Assembly (NCBI RefSeq): GCF_001194135.2
Contig: NC_068988.1
Location: 79,076,567 to 79,140,566 of the forward strand
Origin: Octopus bimaculoides
Lineage: Eukaryota
Length of the DNA stretch: 64,000 nt
Direction of reading: 5' to 3'
Under the pieces are notes generated by a model. The model worked only from the letters and a program-made list of their open reading frames with translations. It did no database searches and was not told where the DNA came from. The translations under genes were made by a program, and so were the position numbers. The first letter of the stretch is position 1, and each line of letters starts with the position of its first letter. Positions 51,400 to 64,000 of the stretch are shown in pieces.

Positions 51400-51750
51400 G
51401 TTTGCCGTTTCTGTTCTATGTATTTTCTTATTGCTGTTATAATAATTTGTTTCCCGAAACTGGTACGTCTTGTATCGTATCCATTTAGGAACTAGTCAAC
51501 TACTTTTCACTATCGTTCTGTCCCACACCCACAAGCACTGCAGTAACCAGAATACCCAATCTTTCTTTTCCACAATGTCAGCTGCCTGGAATCTCTTCCC
51601 CATCTTGTGTATCGATTTACATCACTTTAAACAGAACAATGACAACACCACTCTCACCATTCTCGGAAGGTTTACCACAGGCATTGTCTCTTCTTTCACA
51701 GCCACCAAGTAAAAGCCTTTTTCTGTCAGTGCAAGCAGTACATTATCAAG
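51400..51750 (+). mobile_element. LINE 3' end (Jockey/CR1/I group)
   Basis: QSFFSTMSAAWNLFP...DLHHFK (ORF 51470-51712) matches the terminal SFF.R...WN.LP...FK motif. Confidence 0.6.
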
Positions 51751-52642
51751 ATACCATGATTATCAGTATATCGTCACTGTACCTCCACTTCTAGCATATC
51801 TTATTATACCTTAACTATTAGAAATCATCGCTATCACTATATCGCCTCTACGCCAACACTATCATCAATATCCGTATACCATCACTATAGTATCACTATC
51901 AACATATTGTCATCATACTATCAATATTAGTATACCATCACTATATCCTCGNNNNNNNNNNNNNNNNNNNNNNNNNNNNNNNNNNNNNNNNNNNNNNNNN
52001 NNNNNNNNNNNNNNNNNNNNNNNNNNNNNNNNNNNNNNNNNNNNNNNNNNNNNNNNNNNNNNNNNNNNNNNNNNNNNNNNNNNNNNNNNNNNNNNNNNNN
52101 NNNNNNNNNNNNNNNNNNNNNNNNNNNNNNNNNNNNNNNNNNNNNNNNNNNNNNNNNNNNNNNNNNNNNNNNNNNNNNNNNNNNNNNNNNNNNNNNNNNN
52201 NNNNNNNNNNNNNNNNNNNNNNNNNNNNNNNNNNNNNNNNNNNNNNNNNNNNNNNNNNNNNNNNNNNNNNNNNNNNNNNNNNNNNNNNNNNNNNNNNNNN
52301 NNNNNNNNNNNNNNNNTTATATCTAAAGACATTATGGCATATTTGTCGTCTACATTAAGTTTCTTGTGACTTGGTTGAACTATATTTTATATCCGTTTAT
52401 TGGTATCTAGATAACTTTAAATGTTAGTCCAATTAGTGCGCTACTGTTAGAACCTTTAACATGTCAATATCTAAGATATATTCACGTTTAAGAAGTTATT
52501 CATCTCCATGATAACACACTTATGGCAGTCACTTGCGTATTTATATGTGAATTTATTAATGTATTTAATTGAATTTTCAGCTGACCGTTGCTGATCTTTC
52601 TAATTGTTTGATTTATTTATTTTTATTTATTTATTTATCTAT

Positions 52643-52674
<32 letters not shown>

Positions 52675-53711
52675 TAGTGTTTTAATTTATTCTATATATC
52701 CATCTTCATTAGCTGTAAAAACAAAAGTATCTCTTTTATCACTTCTCTCATAATAATGCTTTTATTGTTCGCAAGTTCGTTAATTGTTTCTCTTAATATC
52801 GTTAGTGGGCGTATACAAATGTCTATAGGAACGGATATTAAGTCAATTATATCGTTTAATTAACAACAGCGTGTAGGCATCCACATTAGAGGTGTGGTAA
52901 TTTTTCGAGGAATACTCTGCAGTCTAATTTCAAGTGGCAATTCTATCGAATTCTTTCATAATCTGGAAAGGCACGGAACCCTCATGTTTTATGTTTAAAC
53001 GCAATACTTGACTGCATTCTAAAGCATTCGTTATACATACTTATATTGTATTATAGTCAAGACGGTAGCACGATAGACTAAATACATTTATGATATAATC
53101 CAAGAAAGCAGTATCTTGTGCAGGTCTTTTCACACAGATAAAGGCGGTGTTATTGATGCTTAATTATAACTTTTTTAAAGTTGGGGCAGTTTGGGCTGGT
53201 GCGTAGAAGGTTATAGTTGATGGGGAAAATGTTTGAGAACTTTAGTATGCTGGCTTTATTTTGTTAGACAATGACTGAATAATATAGCAGAGTGAAAGTG
53301 TATTAAAGCGATTCTACAAGACTGGGAAACAACATGATGCTTCAGAGAAGTCGGAAGCGCCATAAGTTTAATAAAGATATAAGGATAACACACAGCACTT
53401 GGTGAACAAATCACGGTTTTCCAATCAGTCAGCTGGCAGTTTTGGACACAGCCTAGGATATCTGGACTGTCCCTGTGACGTCTATTTATCCACCAAGGTT
53501 TCTAAATTATGTTTTGTTTATCTTGTATACCTTAACGTACAAGAAACTGGAAACATATCTGAAGCTGCTAATTCATCTAGAGAAAGTAAGGCGTGAATGT
53601 AACCCTAATAATACAAAGTTATTTGGTTTCTTATTTGCATCTGAACTAGCAAATGGTATTAATCCATTACATTTTAATTTTTGTTGGTTTATACACACAC
53701 ACACACACACA

Positions 53712-53784
<73 letters not shown>

Positions 53785-53929
53785 ACACACATATTAGTTC
53801 TTGATTTATATATATGCAAGAACATTAGATGGACTTGATGCATATCTGAAACTAAACACTACAAGTAAACAATGATTACCTTTTTGAGGAGCAATTTAAG
53901 CGGGGGTGGGTGGTGATGAGTACATATAG

Positions 53930-54720
53930 AGAAATATTTCTTCTCGCAAGTTATATCTAAAAGCATTGACTTTTTGTGAATAACAGGTCTGGGCTTTCAT
54001 ATTCTTCAATGGCTGTAGTCGGAGTATGGTATATTCTGGGAATCTAGGATTGTCGATATGCTTATTTTCACTAAAGGATCTAATTCAAGGCTTTTGACAT
54101 TAATTTGAACTGTATGCTTTTCAGCTTATTTTCCAGTTGTATGTCACTCTACATCTCAGGCTTGTTAGCCTTTTCTTGATTAAGATTCCTATCTGACTGT
54201 GCGTTTGTGTACAGACGTTTACATGTTGATAAACATTTATTTCTCTTATCTTTAAATTTCTTATATTTATCAATCGTATATTTATTTATAGATAAATCTA
54301 CATTTAAAGATAAGATAAATGTCTTATCCTTAAATGCAGCGTTGTCTAGTCTTTTAACTGAAGTAAATTCAGTGAGTGTTAATGAATCTTGGATGATCTT
54401 ACATTTGTTCTGATTAGTCAGTTTACTTGCTAGACATATTCTATTTTGAATAACCCTGGAAATTCAGCAATTATAACCGTGACATATTGATAGCACTTTC
54501 AACAGATCGAACTACTGCTGATCTAGAAAGATCTCTGCGCATTTGGATTTTATTTAGCCCAAGGTCAGCACTAGTAAGTCAGACCTATTATCAAAGTTGT
54601 TCCAACCGAGACAACCTCATAATTCTTTCAGTTAATGAACATACGTTTTATTCAATGTATCTTTCTATTTTCAAAAATGCTCAGGTGGGATTTGCAAGGA
54701 TTATGTTTTCCTCCTAATAT
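53930..54720 (-). mobile_element. Highly decayed RTE-like LINE
   Basis: QIGILIKKRL and neighbouring EN-like fragments. Segment order is unclear. Confidence 0.35.
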
Positions 54721-55095
54721 AAAACAATCAGTCATCTATATTTGTCATGTACTCAGTTGATAGTTCATTATTTCTACCTTAGTGTTATTGATTTCTGGCC
54801 AAAAAACTTTGAAATTGTATACCATGAGGTTGACATCTGTAACTGATAGAACATGAAGTGAAACGTCTAGTACACAGATGTTAAGATTTGCGAGTACTTA
54901 AGAGCAACAGAGGATCAGTTCATTACATATTATCGTAGGTTCTTTAGTCTTTGACTGTTGTTGTCTGATTGGCTTAATGCGAAGAAATAGTACTAAAATC
55001 AAGTTTCCTAAAATCAAGCGTCAAATACTTCTGCATCAATATAAATCTTAATCTTGTATCACAATTGGACAAATAAAACTAATTGTCACCTGGTT

Positions 55096-55154
<59 letters not shown>

Positions 55155-57645
55155 TAGTCTTTAGGCTCTTGTGAATCCGGATTAAGTAATCGCACATTCA
55201 AAATCTCTCACGATTTTGTTATAATAGAGCAGCAACATTTAGAACCACTTTATCCGGTGTATTTACTGTGACTTTTAAGGTGGTTGGGTTTGAGTTCGAT
55301 TTGGCTGTTCTTTCTGACGATTCAAACTGTGATGTAAGGGATCTGTTACCATCTTATTTTACTCAATTCCATACGTATAGAGCAGTTTTCTTGCTTTAAG
55401 ATTTATTCCAATGAAAGATGTAGAGCAACACTAATGCCATACGTTTGTTGATTACGTTTATAGGTAATACATAGAAATAATCCTTTTCTAAGACCGATCC
55501 ACGCTTCTATGATTCTAAAATTCTTCATTATTGACGATTTCTCTGGGTTGATTCTTTTTCACTTTTCTGTACAGTGATTTTAATGTTAAAAATTTAGCTA
55601 AAATGATGACCTCTTCCATATTCGCAGTTGAGTATGGAAGAGGATATGATAACAATGAAAGACGTAGAATACGGCCACGTTGGAGAAGAAACTGAACAAG
55701 AAAAAGCAGAAAAACCAACGACGCATCAGAAGGAATGACGTTGTAGTGAAGGTAAAAAGAAGTTTTACTCCATGTAGGGAAAGCATATTACAGATTAGGA
55801 AAGAAGCTTACTTCAAAAAATATTGTGAGTATGAGATTAACTGCTCGAAACTGTAAAGCTAAGACAAGCAGTTAAGAGTTTAGATAAACTACAAGCGAAA
55901 ATCAAATTTCAGAGCATAACATAAATTATGCAGTTTCTATTGTAGTAGAATTTCTTAGAGTAAAACGGACAAAGATAAGGAGACTAGAGAATTACGTCCA
56001 GCAGCTCAATAGAATATTTTTGGAGGATAAATGCTTTTATTTTTCAGGGGTTTATATGATTATTATATAGATACAGGGTTCGATTAAATATGCCACAACC
56101 CTTCCCAAAATGCTTAACCTACTGCTAATGTAATAAGCCATTATTAATTTTCATTAGTAATGCAGCAGACGAAATATTTTACAATATTTTGTTGCCTCCT
56201 GTTATGTTGTGTTTAGTTCTTCTGGGGATTGACTGTGTGTCTCGTTCTTCCAAAATAGGTACTGAAAAGCAATGAAGTTTACAAGATTGTACTCCCCTAA
56301 AATGCTGTGAATTTGAGACAATGTTTGAGTACCATTGACATTGTTGGATGGCAGAAGTTGCGGTAATGAAGCAAAGGGAAGATGTCATAAAGGAACCAAG
56401 GAAGGCAGAGGGGTGAGAGATAACAAAAGTTTAAGGGATTGTGGGTGAAGGATTTACAGAAGGCGGGAGATGATAAAAATTGGAAAGAATGGTAGATGGG
56501 GTGTGGATGAGAGAAAAAGCAGGAATATTGGGGCGGGAATGGCAAAAAGAGTGGAAAGGACAAAACGTCCCTCTGCATTTTGATTTCATATTTGATAACA
56601 GCATCTTTTCAGAAGCGATAGAAAAGTTATACTAGTAATATACGACTGTTAGTTGTTGATGTAGTTTATATTGTAGTTGCTGCTGTTGATTTTGACCATG
56701 TATATCTTTTAACAGGATCGATTTGTTCGACTAAAAATATAATCTAAGGCAGTTCCCCTGCATGGTCACAGTCTAAACAAGTAAAAGAGAAAAGCTATAA
56801 ACTGTATCTTTCGAACGTCATCAAAGCTCCAAGCCTTAATCCGGTGTTTGGAACAACCACTCTGTGACATTGACACGTTCGTATTGTTTATTGTTGTTGC
56901 GTAGTCACGGGCCACTTATGACAAAGAAGAACTATAAGGAAAGGCTTTCCAGCCGTGCGCATTCCCTCCCTTTGAAGATATACAGAAGAAAATTAAGCTA
57001 ATGTACCCCACGCTATAAAAATGGGAGAATGTAATATAAGCAAAGTAACGCCACGTTTTCTAGCAAATAGATCAACCATGTAGAGCGCCTTTATTGTCTT
57101 ATCGTTTATTCATTTAAATGAAGGTGATTCAAAACGTTTAAATCAACGGAACTGTTCAAAGGTATTAGTTTTAATTCTGGAAATATGTCGTGATAATTAC
57201 TTAGCTTCTCTATTCGTTTGGTTCTTAGACATCTTAGGCAGCTGGTATCATGTATATGATGTATATTAGTATGTTATTCTCTACAGTTATAGATATTCTT
57301 TTATTATTCGAGTTTTATGGAAGGATTTACACTTCGACACGTAAATCACCTAAATATAGAGCAAACCCCATCAAGATCCCCGCACTACGACATAGTCAAA
57401 TCGTTTAGCTTATGTTCAATACTCGGTCGTCATAATTCTAGGGAAACAACGCGAATGTTTCAAAACATATTTCCACTGACCGCAACAATATAATTTGAAT
57501 AATTCACAAGTATTAAACTGTGCTCTAATTGCACCATAACCAACCTTCGATACTAATTTACAAAAGAAATATATATATATACACGTGCACGCACGCATGC
57601 ACGCACGCATGCACGCACGCACACGCACGCACACGCACACACATA

Positions 57646-57722
<77 letters not shown>

Positions 57723-57724
57723 CA

Positions 57725-58420
57725 TTCAGACACCATAAGGACACCGCAATTCGTCCAACGAGTTCAAAATATTATTGAGGATTATCTCAGGAAGTCAATG
57801 AGTTCTATCGCCAAAGAACGTTAGGTGTTGGTGTGGGCTGTCAGAACAGTGATGCAAGAGAATATTCGACACATTAAGAATATTCGATATATTTATAAGG
57901 AGGACATGTTTTGCAAAGACAGAAAAACCGTTTGTTCGTGCAAAGTTGTTACTTAACGCAGAAAAACCTTCGACCAATACTAAATGTCTAACAGAAGACG
58001 TAACAAATAGTTATGTTTAGGTCCCTCTGATATCCCCGGAGTGGTTTACATTAAGTCTACATGTGATGGCTTTAGGAGTGGTGTGTAACAGAGGTTGTCA
58101 TGCCACATTACATTTTTCTACAGGTCTTAGAATCAATGCTGCTGGACATGTTGACATGTTGGAGACCGTTGTTAAGCACTGAGAGTCCTAGTAACCAAAG
58201 AATGAATATCAGACATTTTTTACGATCATGTAACACAAAATTTGTGCCCTCCACACTCGCTAGATTTAAACCTCGTGGACTACTACACTTGGAATGTTGT
58301 AGAAAGGGCGACTAATCGACATCGTTACAGTATCATAGTTTCACTGAAGGCCCCTATTGTCCGTGTCCGATTGCTAGCATGAAACGGCTCCTGTCCCGGA
58401 TTGACGCATTCGTCGCAGCT
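57725..58420 (+). mobile_element. Tc1/mariner (maT/DD37D-like) transposase remnant
   Basis: HSDTIRTPQFVQRVQNIIEDYLRKSMSSIAKE (HTH); RINAAG..MLETVVK; SLDLNLVDYYTWNVVER (SPDLNP.DY..W motif). Confidence 0.75.
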
Positions 58421-58519
58421 AAACGCAAAATCATTGAATAATCTTATAAAAAAGCTTGTCCAGAGTGCGTAACTTTTTATTAAAAAACATAGAGTTCTGT
58501 TATTAAATCCATTTATATA

Positions 58520-59369
58520 CGAGGTGGTATACAAAAGTTTCCGGATTAATTCTGCAGTGCACCAACAGATGGCAGCACACGGTTGCGTGCATGATGAGAG
58601 CTGGCAATGACCTTCATAAGGCAGTGTGCTGAGTGACATCATTGGGTTTTCGTTACAAGTTGTGAAATTTGTGTTTTTGTGATCTGGTGTATGCTGTAAT
58701 AGTCATGAACAGAAACAATAAGCCAACGCGAAGTTCTGTGTTAAACTTGGGACGTCTGCTTCAGAAACATTGAGCATGCTTCGGCAAGCTTACGGCATCG
58801 AGGCAATGGGTCGTACGCAATGTTTCGAGTAGCACAAGCGCTTCAAAAGCGGAAGAATGTCCCTAAAAGACCTGCCAAAATGTGGTATTGGGCATCGAGA
58901 ATTCGTCCCCCAGTGCCAGTCCGTCAATCAAGAATTCCACAGTGACCTTTTGAGGCGTATGAGGGAGGACATTCGGTGAAAGTGACTGGATCGGTGGTGT
59001 GCGAAGAAATGGATTCCTCACGGCGACAATGGACCCTATCACCACTGAGCTCTCCTCACTCGTGGGTTTCTCGCTAAAAACATGGTATCGCCCCTATTTG
59101 TCAGATTTAGCACTCGCGTACTTTCGTCTCTTCCCCAAGAGGAAAATGCAGCTCAAACGTCGTCGTTGTTGTGATCGAAAACGAATCGCAGAACGTCCTC
59201 AACTGGCTTAGGGAAAACGACCTCCAGGCCGGATTCCAAAAGTGGGAGGAACGCTGGGATCGGTATATTGCTGCGCAAGGGGACTATTTTGAAGAAGATG
59301 ATGTTAAGTCTTAGATAAGTAATTTTTCATTAAACATAAGTAGTCCAAGAATCTTTTGATACCGCCTCT
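58520..59369 (+). mobile_element. Internally deleted mariner element with both TIRs
   Basis: Left TA plus CGAGGTGGTATACAAAAGTTTCCGGATTA; right TAGTCCAAGAATCTTTTGATACCGCCTC. KFCVKLG...HKRFKSGR is fused to HREFVP..QSVNQ, PYLSDLA and KWEERWDRYIAAQGDYFE. Confidence 0.9.
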
Positions 59370-59624
59370 TTCCTGAAATAAATCTTGCCTTCTGTATACA
59401 CGCACGCGCACACACACACACACTCATGCACATGCGCGTGCATATACATATATATGTGTGTGTATGAATTCATACACGCACATTTCAAGATCATCTGATT
59501 AAAGAATATCCGGCGAAAAAATTTAACTGATGAAAATTTAGTAAAATTTAATAAATATGAATTTATCAGTTGAACGAACTATTACCATAAGTATTTGTTA
59601 CTTTGTTTTTTTTAACCCCTTGTA

Positions 59625-59910
59625 CTACGAAGGGGACGTAAACACACCACCATCAGTTGTCAAGTGATGTTGGGGTGACAAACACAGACACGCAAACACA
59701 TACACACACAGACATATATATATATATATATATACATATATACGACGTGCTTCTTTCAGTTTCCGTCTACCAAATCCACTCACAAGGCTTTGGTCGACCT
59801 GAGGCTATAATAGAAGACACTTGCCCAAGGTGCCACGCAGTGGGAATGAACCCGGAATCATGTGGTTGGTAAGCAAGTTACTTACCACACAGCCACTCCT
59901 GTGCCTATAT
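59625..59910 (-). mobile_element. SINE family A (partial)
   Basis: Aligns to 30570-30876. Confidence 0.9.
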
Positions 59911-62051
59911 NNNNNNNNNNNNNNNNNNNNNNNNNNNNNNNNNNNNNNNNNNNNNNNNNNNNNNNNNNNNNNNNNNNNNNNNNNNNNNNNNNNNNNNNNN
60001 NNNNNNNNNNNNNNNNNNNNNNNNNNNNNNNNNNNNNNNNNNNNNNNNNNNNNNNNNNNNNNNNNNNNNNNNNNNNNNNNNNNNNNNNNNNNNNNNNNNN
60101 NNNNNNNNNNNNNNNNNNNNNNNNNNNNNNNNNNNNNNNNNNNNNNNNNNNNNNNNNNNNNNNNNNNNNNNNNNNNNNNNNNNNNNNNNNNNNNNNNNNN
60201 NNNNNNNNNNNNNNNNNNNNNNNNNNNNNNNNNNNNNNNNNNNNNNNNNNNNNNNNNNNNNNNNNNNNNNNNNNNNNNNNNNNNNNNNNNNNNNNNNNNN
60301 NNNNNNNNNNNNNNNNNNNNNNNNNNNNNNNNNNNNNNNNNNNNNNNNNNNNNNNNNNNNNNNNNNNNNNNNNNNNNNNNNNNNNNNNNNNNNNNNNNNN
60401 NNNNNNNNNNNNNNNNNNNNNNNNNNNNNNNNNNNNNNNNNNNNNNNNNNNNNNNNNNNNNNNNNNNNNNNNNNNNNNNNNNNNNNNNNNNNNNNNNNNN
60501 NNNNNNNNNNNNNNGTGTGTGTGTGTGTATGTATTGGGATTCAGTGATCATTTGACAAATTTTCGCTCTATATCTGTATTTGGTAAAAAGCATTTTTGTA
60601 TTATTTTTTTGCGTTTAAGTAACTGTTCTTTTTGTAACAAAATGACATTGCTTTAGAAAGTAAAATGATTAGTAAGTAGTATGTTGTGGATTTATTCTCT
60701 TCTTTAAAGTATTAATCGCTTTCTTTTTCCTTATTTCTAGTTTGCAAAACGTGTATTGTGCGTTATTTGGAAAGTAGCAAATATTGCCCAATCTGCGATG
60801 TTCTCGTACATAAAACTCGGCCCTTGCAGCACATTCGGTGAGTAACAATTATATCTGAATTAACTAAAAACATTATCGACTTTTCGATCTCGTTATATTT
60901 TGTCTGAATTAGGAACATTTCAGATAATATCACTTCTTGTAAAACAAATATGAGCGTTTGCATTTACATAGACCGTTTGAAAATATGATACACTATCTTG
61001 CCTCATTTCAAATCCTAGGTGAATTGTCTTTCAGCTTACTACTTTGCTGTTGTTGTATACTGTTTGGTCCCAAGTCATGAGTGAGTAAACATATGATAAA
61101 ATACAGAGAGTATGGGATCATTCCGTGTGTTTGGAGTATAATTTATTCGGCACTATCATAGACAGATATACTACCTTCAGTAGGGCTTGATTGAAGGAGA
61201 TTTTACTTATTTCCGGCAGGGCAAGAGACTCCGCAGAAGATTCTCACACTGCCTGAATAAATTCTGAGATTATTCAAAACAAAAGAACAGGAAAGAATGT
61301 GGGTGACATTTGTTGCTAACCGTCTAGATATTAGTCCCAAATATGTTCTCCCACATACCGTCAAACTAATAGCCTATCCAATGCTGAAATATCAAAAGTT
61401 TACACTAATAAAACAGTTGAAATACTGCGAGAGGCTGAAAAATAAAACTGAAAATCTACTCCTTGAAGCAAAACTATGAAAAGTATGCAGCGATACATGT
61501 ATGAAATATTCTGAGGAGTCCTAAAACTGTGGGATGTAAAATTATAGCTATCCTGGAACTGGACACATAAGTGCAAAGGTTCCTACCTAACCCATCTAGA
61601 GACAGGATCAGATACTGTAATCGCTTATGGTTCAAAGGTCTTGAAGTCTTAAATTATTTGCTCTAAATGTTAAAACGAATACTAGGGTTAGATGCTGATG
61701 TTTTAAGATACAAATTGACAGTTTTTGTTATTAAGAATCCTGAAGAACTTATACCACAGCAAAGATCACAAATGAGGGCGACCATTAAGCGAAAAGCAGC
61801 AACGGAGTGGAAACAGAATGAAAGTAACATTAATAGCGGTGCCTTGACATGGGCAAAGCTGTCGAGCTGCAACAAGGTGGAGAGTAATTGAGCATACACA
61901 AACCCCCCCACACACACACGCATGCACACATATATTCACACACACACACTGATATAGATATACATATAAAGAGAGAGAGACACAGAGAGAGATAGTGTGT
62001 GATATCTATGTACTTTAAACGATTTATAAATCCTTACGTACAGATATAAAC

Positions 62052-62118
<67 letters not shown>

Positions 62119-62461
62119 CACATTCACACGCGCGCGCGCGCGCGCATGCATATACATGTATATGCATACATATATGTGTGTGGACGTGAATATTTGCGTA
62201 ATGCGTGCATGTGAATGAATATATATATGTGTTTTGTATGTGTCTGCGTATGCATGTTTATGCATGTTTATTAATGTCCCACAACTTACAAGTTAACAAA
62301 AATGCGTGTTGGGGTTAAGTCGATAGATAAATAAAGCTTTCGCCGCAGTTTAGTTAGCAAAACAAGTTTCTACTTGAATAAAAAATATAGAAATATAGAG
62401 AGAGACGTACGTGTATATATGTACACACATATATACATATACGAAAATGCGTATATCGAGA

Positions 62462-62566
<105 letters not shown>

Positions 62567-63334
62567 ATATGCATATATATATGTATATATATATNNNNNN
62601 NNNNNNNNNNNNNNNNNNNNNNNNNNNNNNNNNNNNNNNNNNNNNNNNNNNNNNNNNNNNNNNNNNNNNNNNNNNNNNNNNNNNNNNNNNNNNNNNNNNN
62701 NNNNNNNNNNNNNNNNNNNNNNNNNNNNNNNNNNNNNNNNNNNNNNNNNNNNNNNNNNNNNNNNNNNNNNNNNNNNNNNNNNNNNNNNNNNNNNNNNNNN
62801 NNNNNNNNNNNNNNNNNNNNNNNNNNNNNNNNNNNNNNNNNNNNGTTTCAGCACACGATTTCACATCGTGAATCATGCAAACAAAAAGAAAAAATTTCTA
62901 AATGCAACAAATGCAAAATTTCAATGAAAGGATTTTTTGAAATTTAGTTTAAGCTAAGGATGTATTGCAATAGCTTAAAGAATACAAAACAAATTAAGTT
63001 TAAATATTAGTGTCGATGCGTGAAACGTTGAGACATGTCAGTAAATGGTGTTTAAACCATTTAGCATATAGTCATAGTCGGTGATATGGCTGCAGCGGAC
63101 CTTGTTCGGTATGCGACATTCATAAGTCTCAAACAATGACGAAACACCGATGTCTGTTGCTCCGAGAAAGGACTTGATGTGAATTGTATCGCTTGATTGT
63201 GACTTACTTTCAGGTGTTTTTTACACCAGGCGCATAGAGAATATATTCTCTTACGCCTAAACACCGCAGCCAATTCCCGGACTAACAACACATCTTGTGT
63301 ACGTATGTTCGATTTTGTTTGTATATATATATAT

Positions 63335-63745
63335 AGGCGCAGGAGTGGCTGTGTGGTAAGTAACCTGCTCATCAACCACATGGTTCCAGGATCAGTCCCA
63401 CTGCCTGGTCCCTGGGGCAAGTGTCTTCTACTATAGCCTCGGGCCGACCAAAGCCTTGAGTGTGGATCTGGTAGACGGAAACTGAAAGAAGCTCATCGTA
63501 TATATATTTGTGTGTGTGTGTGTGTGTATGTATATGTTTGTGTGTCTATATTTGTCTCCCCAACACTGCTTGACAACCGTTGGTGGTGTGTTTACGTCCC
63601 CATAACTTAGCGGTTCGGCAAAAGTAACCGATAGAATAATTACTAGGCTTACAAAGAATAAGTCCTGGCGTCGATTTGCTTGACTCCAGGCGGTACCCCA
63701 ACATGGCTGCAGTCAAATGACCGAAACAAGTAAAAGAATATAAGG
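63335..63745 (+). mobile_element. SINE family A, full-length
   Basis: AGGCGCAGGAGTGGCTGTGTGGTAAG head through ...CAGTCAAATGACCGAAACAAGTAAAAGAATA tail. Confidence 0.92.
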
Positions 63746-63764
63746 ATATATTTACATATACGAC

Positions 63765-63925
63765 GGGTTACTTTCAGTTTCCCTCTACTAAATCTATTCA
63801 CAGGCTTTCGTCGTCCCGAAGCTAGAGTAGAAGACACCTAACCAAGATGCCACGCAGTGCTGAACTGAAACTATGTGCTTGGGAAGCAAACTTCTTACTA
63901 CGTAATCACGCCTGCACCTACTTTT
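63765..63925 (-). mobile_element. SINE family A 5' part, diverged, tail-to-tail with the previous copy
   Basis: CGACGGGTTACTTTCAGTTTCC...GAAGACACC..CCAAGATGCCACGCAGTG. Confidence 0.8.
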
Positions 63926-64000
63926 CGGTTGTTCAAGCGGTCTTTCATGACTTTGCTGGTGTGCATCTCCATTTTGGATATATATATATATATATATATA

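Noticed and set aside
61667-61891. 74-aa ORF MLKRILGL...
   Set aside because: No family recognised, weak splice signals, and a length attainable by chance.
63209-63285. Hairpin (AGGCG..GAGAAT/ATTCTC..CGCCT) and a minus-strand exon candidate ending AAA|GTAAGT
   Set aside because: The stem is too short and bulged for a pre-miRNA. The acceptor lacks a pyrimidine tract.

Overview
Eukaryotic, AT-rich, microsatellite-dense non-coding DNA with ten N-gaps. The SINE families are ones I associate with Octopus, so this is probably an octopod intron or intergenic region (inference from recalled repeat sequences). No intact host protein-coding gene can be supported. Most ORF-track entries are microsatellite, gap or SINE artefacts. 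The window is a mosaic of decayed mobile elements: two tRNA-derived SINE families (at least 12 copies), Tx1/L1-clade LINEs (one near full-length), R4/Dong-clade LINEs in (TAA)n tracts, RTE and CR1/L2-type fragments, Tc1/mariner and Merlin transposons, and a Helentron/DINE-like element. The standout observation is a pair of type I hammerhead ribozyme motifs (36111-36165 and 41293-41345). Once a Tx1 LINE with a 12-bp target-site duplication is removed, they define an approximately 358-nt self-complementary tandem monomer, the architecture of a non-LTR retrozyme or circRNA-producing element. The LINE sits inside the extended stem I of the second ribozyme. Weaker leads include a decayed NACHT-like locus, a four-hairpin structure, a candidate 24-nt microexon and several unexplained repeats.
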